Part shown: positions 45,697 to 50,663 of the stretch, one piece after another
Position numbering within the stretch: the stretch's first letter is position 1
How the letters are laid out: each line of letters begins with the position of its first letter
Virus record (IMG/VR): IMGVR_UViG_3300006169_000031
Span: 1 to 50,663 of that record
DNA: 50,663 nucleotides
From: a virus
Taxonomy: Duplodnaviria > Caudoviricetes
Strand: one strand, 5' to 3'
Translations under genes and position numbers: made by a program
Notes under the pieces: generated by a model
What the model was told of the DNA's origin: nothing
Seen by the model: the letters and a program-made list of their open reading frames with translations, nothing else
The model's database searches: none

Positions 45697-45950
45697 AGTG
45701 CCCGTTCATGACCCGAAACGCCGACGTGATGAAGCATCTCGTCGGCAAGGCCACGCCCGAGCAACGCGCTGCGCTCAAGGAGCATGCTGCGAAGAACGGC
45801 GGGGCTGAGAACCTCGCCCATCCTGCACGCCGTGCGTACTTCGTCGTCGGCTGGCTGCGCATTCTTGGGGAGGACCCGTCGAAGTGGTCGCCCAGCAACC
45901 CCAAGCAGGTGGAGCGCACGTTGGCGCAGCATCGGGAGAACATCGCATGA
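45693..45950 (+). CDS. Hypothetical protein
   Basis: AGGAGG RBS, ATGA coupling. Confidence 0.7.
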   Translation: MKCPFMTRNADVMKHLVGKATPEQRAALKEHAAKNGGAENLAHPARRAYFVVGWLRILGEDPSKWSPSNPKQVERTLAQHRENIA

Positions 45951-46120
45951 CCTGCATTCTGGTCTACCTCATCATCGGCTGGGTGCTCGCCGTCGTCGCC
46001 TACTTCGGCGCCGGGCAGTACGCACCCGATCGTCCCGGCCTGCCCAAGTGGGTGACGGTGCTGCTCATCGTGCTCCTATGGCCAGTGCTGGTCATCGCCA
46101 TCGTCAGGAGCAAGCCGTGA
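45947..46120 (+). CDS. Small two-transmembrane protein
   Basis: ILVYLIIGWVLAVVAYF and WVTVLLIVLLWPVLVIAIV. Confidence 0.7.
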   Translation: MTCILVYLIIGWVLAVVAYFGAGQYAPDRPGLPKWVTVLLIVLLWPVLVIAIVRSKP

Positions 46121-46497
46121 CCCAGGAAATCGACCTGTTCGACGACATCGTCGACGACGCCAGCGTGGTGGAGATGCGTGTCGGCCAGATCGGCACGGTG
46201 AAGGGCAAGCTCGAGAACATCCGCTATGGCGGAGCCGAGCGCACCGCCCGGGGCGAGAAGCAAAATCCGAACTGGGCGGACCCCTCGCTCTGCATCGCCT
46301 TCGCCGACTGGGGCATGCTCTCGATCACGATCCGCGACTACGCCACGGCCAAGGGCATCCGCATCCCGCTCGGGACCTACGTGTGCGTCAAGGTGCAGTG
46401 CATCAGCGAGGATGCCGAAGTCATGGCGCTCGCCATCTGGGAGATGGGCAAAGGCAACGTGCAGCCGCTCGGTGAGCCGATGGGTGCCAACCCGTAA
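46117..46497 (+). CDS. Hypothetical protein (beta-rich, possibly OB-fold)
   Basis: AGGAG RBS, GTGA coupling. Confidence 0.65.
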   Translation: MTQEIDLFDDIVDDASVVEMRVGQIGTVKGKLENIRYGGAERTARGEKQNPNWADPSLCIAFADWGMLSITIRDYATAKGIRIPLGTYVCVKVQCISEDAEVMALAIWEMGKGNVQPLGEPMGANP

Positions 46498-46521
46498 CGT
46501 ACTACTGTGTCGGAGGCCGAC

Positions 46522-46674
46522 ATGCAGCTTGAATGCAACGCCTGCGGGAAGCGCTTTCGGTCGATGCTGGCCGAGGCGCGCCACCGCCACAACTTCCCTG
46601 CGCTTTGCACCCGCAACAAGCGGTTCGCTGAGTTCGTCGAGAAGCACTCGAAATCGTCAGGTCACCTGACATGA
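46522..46674 (+). CDS. Small zinc-finger-like protein (50 aa); not in ORF track
   Basis: GGAGG RBS; MQLECNACGKRFRSMLAEARHRHNFPALC...; ATGA coupling to the next gene. Confidence 0.65.
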   Translation: MQLECNACGKRFRSMLAEARHRHNFPALCTRNKRFAEFVEKHSKSSGHLT

Positions 46675-47009
46675 TCGAGAAGGCGCCGGGCCGCGGCATC
46701 ATCATGCCCGGCAACCTGTTCCTGCGTCACGATCCCGAAGATCGAAGCTACCGTTGGTCCCTCTGGCGCCGGGACGAGGACAAGGCCAGCCGGTGCGACA
46801 CGCTCGTGGTCAACTGGCGGGGGCTCCTCCCCAACCCGGTAGAGGAGACGACCCGGTGCGACGGTGTCGACATGGAGGCCCGTCAGCGCTTCCACGTGTG
46901 GGAGTGCGATCAGGAGCTGGCCGCCTCGATCGAGATGGCCGCGCGGCTTGGGATCAATGGGGACCGCTGGTTCGCGCTAATCGAAAAGCACATCCCCGAC
47001 GCACATTGA
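46671..47009 (+). CDS. Hypothetical protein
   Basis: ATG abuts palindrome 46656-46670; ORF track. Confidence 0.7.
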   Translation: MIEKAPGRGIIMPGNLFLRHDPEDRSYRWSLWRRDEDKASRCDTLVVNWRGLLPNPVEETTRCDGVDMEARQRFHVWECDQELAASIEMAARLGINGDRWFALIEKHIPDAH

Positions 47010-47047
47010 CTTAGCAGCAGGGTCAAATAAACTCTAACGTGTTAGAG
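47006..47047 (+). promoter_or_regulatory. Putative promoter with overlapping palindromic operator
   Basis: TTGACT-N16-TAAACT followed by CTCTAAC-GT-GTTAGAG. Confidence 0.65.
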
Positions 47048-47060
47048 GTTGGAGGTAGTA

Positions 47061-47870
47061 ATGGCGACGCAACTGCACTGGGAGTATCAGAACTCCGCAA
47101 GCATTCCCGAATATCGGGCCGAGTATAAGGGCCTCGTTATTCGCGCGATCAACGACCAGCACCCGAGCAATCCATTCGAGGATCAGGACGGGCATTTTCC
47201 CATGTCGGTCTGGGTGTCAGGTGACCTGACAGATTACGACAAGGCCGATGGCGGTCATGCTCGCAACCCGCTCCATCGCTTCACGGACGAGGCGCTGGTC
47301 CACAACCAAATTCACATCGCCCTGACTCTCAAGAGCACGGTGCCCGACCTGATCGAGTGCTACGGCACCGAGGAGCCGGTCAAGTACAGCCGCGATCCCG
47401 GGCTGCTGCGCGACGTGTTCACACAGGCCTTCGAGGACAATCAGGGCTTCATGGCCACGCTCGACCTGTGCGTGCCGTTCTACGAGATGCTCGGCATCCC
47501 CTGCCTGCGGCACTCGAGCCGCGGCTATTCGCAGAGCGACTGGGCCGAGGTGCTGATCGTCGCCACGCCCGAGGCGTGCAAGGAGTTCGGCGTCGAGCCC
47601 AACGTCGAGATGCTGAAGGAGCAGGCCAAGCTCTACGACGCGTGGGCGTGGGGTGACGTCTACGGCTACCAGATCGCGCGGCCGGTGCTCGACGAGGACG
47701 GCGAGGACACAGGCGAGGTCGAGGATGTCGACGACGTGGAGGGGTCCTGCTGGGGCTTCTACGGCTCCGACTTCGACTGGTCCGGGCTCGAGGAGCAGGC
47801 GATCTCGTCGGCCGACTATTTCGTCAGGTCACCTGACACAATCGAGGAGGCAGACCATGCCCAGGTATGA
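47061..47870 (+). CDS. Acidic hypothetical early protein
   Basis: GGAGG RBS before ATG 47061; RGYSQSDW, W.WGDVYGY, SCWGFYG motifs. Confidence 0.8.
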   Translation: MATQLHWEYQNSASIPEYRAEYKGLVIRAINDQHPSNPFEDQDGHFPMSVWVSGDLTDYDKADGGHARNPLHRFTDEALVHNQIHIALTLKSTVPDLIECYGTEEPVKYSRDPGLLRDVFTQAFEDNQGFMATLDLCVPFYEMLGIPCLRHSSRGYSQSDWAEVLIVATPEACKEFGVEPNVEMLKEQAKLYDAWAWGDVYGYQIARPVLDEDGEDTGEVEDVDDVEGSCWGFYGSDFDWSGLEEQAISSADYFVRSPDTIEEADHAQV

Positions 47871-48132
47871 GATCGAGTTCTACCGTGAAGTTACGGTCAG
47901 CGAGTGGGTGAAGCGGGTCATCGAAGCTCCCGATCAGGAAGCTGCGCTGGACCACGCTCGGGAGATGGCGAGCGACTTCAACATGGACTGCCCGGACGAT
48001 GTGGCCGGCGACCAGATCGTCGACTGCAAGGACTGGGAAGTCGATCACGACAACGTGGTCGAGACTACCAAGCCGGCCGATGAGGTCGTCGAGGGTGACG
48101 AGGAGGAAGACGATGGCAGCAATCCCGAGTGA
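47857..48132 (+). CDS. Small highly acidic protein
   Basis: GAGGAGG RBS; MPRYEIE...IEAPDQEAALDHA. Confidence 0.75.
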   Translation: MPRYEIEFYREVTVSEWVKRVIEAPDQEAALDHAREMASDFNMDCPDDVAGDQIVDCKDWEVDHDNVVETTKPADEVVEGDEEEDDGSNPE

Positions 48133-48700
48133 CCTCGACAACGAGGCGCGCCCCGAGAAGTGGCTGTTCGCCCCGCACGGCTACCCCATCCACTACGTCC
48201 AGACGCGGGGTTGGCAGAGCCAGGAGCTCAAGTTCGACAAGGACGGGACCATCATCGGCACCGAGTGCGACCAGTTCCCTGAGATGCAAGCGTTCGAGAC
48301 GCCCGGTGGCGACATCGTGCTGGACGACGACTACAACGATTTCCTCGTTGACCACTGCCGCATCGTCGAGGTCTACGAGGGCTTCACCCGGTGGGATTAC
48401 GACAGCACCACCGAGCCGGCGATCGAGCCGTGGCCTGACCACATCGTCAAGGCGTGCATGCGCGTTGCGACGCTGCAGACCGTGGCGGCCAACATCGGTG
48501 AGGCGCGCGGCTGGTTGCCGAGGGAATACAGCGACGACTTCCCGTTCAACGCCGCGATCGACAACATCGTGCTCGGCCGGCTGAAGGGCGAGATCGCTGC
48601 GCTCGAGGCGGAGATCGCCGAGTTCCGCAAGGGGCGCGTCGAGCCGACACGATTGGAGGAGGACGACGTACAGCCGGCGACCGACCATGCAGAAGCATGA
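48113..48700 (+). CDS. Hypothetical protein
   Basis: GAGGAGG RBS before ATG 48113. Confidence 0.7.
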   Translation: MAAIPSDLDNEARPEKWLFAPHGYPIHYVQTRGWQSQELKFDKDGTIIGTECDQFPEMQAFETPGGDIVLDDDYNDFLVDHCRIVEVYEGFTRWDYDSTTEPAIEPWPDHIVKACMRVATLQTVAANIGEARGWLPREYSDDFPFNAAIDNIVLGRLKGEIAALEAEIAEFRKGRVEPTRLEEDDVQPATDHAEA

Positions 48701-48923
48701 GCGGGAAGCCCTGCGCGTCGCCCAGCACGAGGCCGCCAAGCACGGCCTGACCGTGACCATCTGCGAGCCGGCCGGCGCCGTTCCCAAGCGCCGGCTGCTG
48801 CTCCGCAACGGCAGCGCCGAGCGTCACTACACGATCGCGTCGAGCCCGAGGGACCGGGACGCTTGCATCTCGCAGGTCCGGCAGTGGGTCCGGCGCACAG
48901 CCAAGGAGATCAAGCATGGCTGA
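48687..48923 (+). CDS. Hypothetical protein
   Basis: Overlap tiling; IASSPRD motif. Confidence 0.6.
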   Translation: MQKHEREALRVAQHEAAKHGLTVTICEPAGAVPKRRLLLRNGSAERHYTIASSPRDRDACISQVRQWVRRTAKEIKHG

Positions 48924-49290
48924 GAGAGCCTTCACCTACGATCACGTCGATGCCGCCATGTGCATCTGGGAGGAGATGACCAATCCCAAGCTCAAGGAGG
49001 CCGATCAGCCGTGGACGGCGCACCGAGAGAAGTGGGGCGCCGCCGGCCTGCGCGACGTCGTGATCACCAAGCTGGCATGGCCTTGCCACGAGGCATGGGA
49101 GCGGGCGATGGCGCGCTACGAGGGCAACGACGACCCGAACGACACCGATCCCGGCAGCTTCGATTGGGAGTTCGTACCCCTGTGGATCAGGCAGTGCGTC
49201 GACTGGTCCGGCGAGCATCCCCGGGTGCGCGGAGGCGTTGGCGTCAACGAGCACACGCTCGCCCATTTCCGGGAGGGACTACCGGCATGA
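48916..49290 (+). CDS. Hypothetical protein
   Basis: AAGGAG RBS; Trp-rich. Confidence 0.75.
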   Translation: MAERAFTYDHVDAAMCIWEEMTNPKLKEADQPWTAHREKWGAAGLRDVVITKLAWPCHEAWERAMARYEGNDDPNDTDPGSFDWEFVPLWIRQCVDWSGEHPRVRGGVGVNEHTLAHFREGLPA

Positions 49291-49586
49291 TCGAAACTAC
49301 TGTGTCGAGGCAGGTGCTCGAGCAGGTCGCCGACGGCTTTCACTAGCTCATCGCGCTCAAGGCGGAGCAGCAGGCCACCCAGGCGGAGATGATCCGCGGT
49401 TGTGTCGCCGCGATCCGGCGCGAACCGCGCGGTCATTTCGACTGGCAGAAGGCCCGGGACGAGCGGAAGCAGATCGAGCACGAGCGCGCGCTGGCGCTGC
49501 TTCACCGCGAATGGCTGGCGACCAGCTTGGAGCGCGACGCCGGGATTGACATAGCCCCGGCACCCGTCATCATCAGCACTCCCTAA
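49287..49586 (+). pseudogene. Hypothetical gene interrupted by in-frame TAG (49344-49346)
   Basis: GGAGG RBS and ATGA coupling; MIETTVSRQVLEQVADGFH*LIALKAEQQATQAEMIRG... continues in frame. Confidence 0.65.
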
Positions 49587-49596
49587 CACGTTAGGG
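49546..49596 (+). promoter_or_regulatory. Putative promoter followed by palindromic operator
   Basis: TTGACA-N16-CATCAT then CCCTAAC-AC-GTTAGGG. Confidence 0.55.
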
Positions 49597-49605
49597 GATG
49601 AAAGC

Positions 49606-49620
49606 GTCAGGTCACCTGAC
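49606..49620. repeat. 15-bp palindrome (leader cassette copy)
   Basis: GTCAGGTCACCTGAC, 23 nt before ATG 49644. Confidence 0.95.
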
Positions 49621-49643
49621 AGCATCGAACGAAGGAACCGACC

Positions 49644-50534
49644 ATGTACATGGGCGTCAAGAACCACCACACCCTGCCGCGTGTCACCAGCTACGAGGAC
49701 GCGCAGCGCGCTCTCGCCGTCTGGGAGAGCAAGACCCGCCGCGGCAAGCAGGTCACTCAGGTGCTCAGCCACGGCAGCGCCATCGCCTTCCGCCTCTACG
49801 AGACCGACGTGGTCACGTGGGAAGCGGACAACAGCGTCCACGTCGACAACTACGGGACGACCACGACCTCGAGCTTCGCTCACCAGTTCCTGCCGGCAGG
49901 CATCCACCTGCACTACCCGGTCGAGCGGCGCGGATGCAGCGGTGGCAGCAACACGATCGGCTTCCGGGCGCACCCCGACGGCACGCCGCTGTCGTGGCAG
50001 GAGCGCTATCACGTCTGCCAGGGCGCCGTCGTGCGCTTCACCGAGCAGGACGGCGTCTGGTTGCCCGACGAGGACACGTGCTACGACATCACCCTGCCCA
50101 AGGGCGTCGAGCGCAAGAAAAGCCGGGAGCTGGCGAAGACGTACCACTTCGCCGAGTTCGAGAGCTGGCTGCAGATGGGGCCGCTGATCCTCGGCGACGT
50201 CGAGCACAGCGAGTGGGACCTGCAGGAGTGCATGGACGCGCTCGAGAAGCGCGACTGGCGGCAGGCGGCGATGTTCATGCCGACGATCAAGGAGAGCGGT
50301 TCGTTCGGTCACGAACAGCGCGCCAAGCCGCTGCCGATCTCGTGCGAGCACGGTCACTACATCTCGCTCGGCTGTCTCGCCAAGCTGAAGCTCGCTATCT
50401 GGGACTGGCACGGCTTCCTCATCGTCGACACGGCGAAGACGTGGCCGCGCGGCGAGTTCGACCGCCGGATGCAGCGGGTGAAGGAAATGGAGGCGCTCGG
50501 CCTCAACACGCACGGAATGGGGCCGCTGATATGA
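49644..50534 (+). CDS. Hypothetical early protein
   Basis: GAAGGA RBS in the cassette; 296-aa ORF. Confidence 0.85.
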   Translation: MYMGVKNHHTLPRVTSYEDAQRALAVWESKTRRGKQVTQVLSHGSAIAFRLYETDVVTWEADNSVHVDNYGTTTTSSFAHQFLPAGIHLHYPVERRGCSGGSNTIGFRAHPDGTPLSWQERYHVCQGAVVRFTEQDGVWLPDEDTCYDITLPKGVERKKSRELAKTYHFAEFESWLQMGPLILGDVEHSEWDLQECMDALEKRDWRQAAMFMPTIKESGSFGHEQRAKPLPISCEHGHYISLGCLAKLKLAIWDWHGFLIVDTAKTWPRGEFDRRMQRVKEMEALGLNTHGMGPLI

Positions 50535-50663
50535 CCGACGTACCTCCGCCGCCCGGCCTGCCGCAGGCGCCGCTCGCCAACGCGGAAAGCCTCAAGGTCG
50601 GCGACGTGGTGCAGATCGCCGTGCAGCGGGAGGACCGGATGCACGGCGGCCACTACTGGCAGA
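50531..50663 (+). CDS. 5' part of the next gene (partial)
   Basis: ATGA coupling; frame open to the window end. Confidence 0.5.
   Translation, partial: MTDVPPPPGLPQAPLANAESLKVGDVVQIAVQREDRMHGGHYWQ

Noticed and set aside
45947-46120. Two-TM protein as a holin
   Set aside because: Located in the early region with no endolysin nearby; function cannot be assigned
41967-49620. Palindromic repeats as a CRISPR array
   Set aside because: Spacing is irregular (hundreds to thousands of bp), whole genes lie between copies, and there is no cas operon; the Cas4-like gene is an ordinary phage exonuclease
1-50663. Genome-wide TAG recoding
   Set aside because: TAG correctly terminates clear genes (primase 13676, terL 37833, portal 35637, ORFs ending 2794 and 4679); only one internal TAG was seen

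Overview
The whole window is a GC-rich (visually about two-thirds G+C) tailed dsDNA phage genome segment with a podovirus-like organisation. No host genes, integrase, lysis cassette, tRNA, CRISPR array or reverse transcriptase are recognisable. There are three blocks. (1) 1-14544 (+): replication and nucleotide module with family A DNA polymerase, two HNH proteins, DEDD exonuclease, Cas4-like PD-(D/E)XK nuclease, a stand-alone NAD-ligase domain Ia-like protein, GP88-like Cys-rich protein, VRR-NUC nuclease, SNF2 helicase, SSB-like protein, primase-helicase fusion and MazG-like pyrophosphatase. (2) 14541-41560 (-): virion module with small and large terminase, portal, scaffold, N4-gp56-type major capsid protein, adaptor, a 2246-aa internal/ejection protein and a double-LamG tail fibre. 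(3) 41900-50663 (+): early/accessory region of small ORFs with a multi-HTH regulator. The most striking unexplained signal is a layered cis-regulatory system concentrated in the early region. It comprises nine perfect copies of the 15-bp palindrome GTCAGGTNACCTGAC (three inside near-identical leader cassettes ending exactly 23 nt before an ATG), a second palindrome CTAAC-NN-GTTAG at promoters, an asymmetric CGACACAGTAG motif, a TTGAC(T/A)TAG-N13 promoter family, a 104-nt three-way-junction RNA rich in G-U pairs directly after one promoter, and an origin-like non-coding region packed with CTATCCA repeats. All calls come from reading the sequence by eye; no database searches or folding programs were run.
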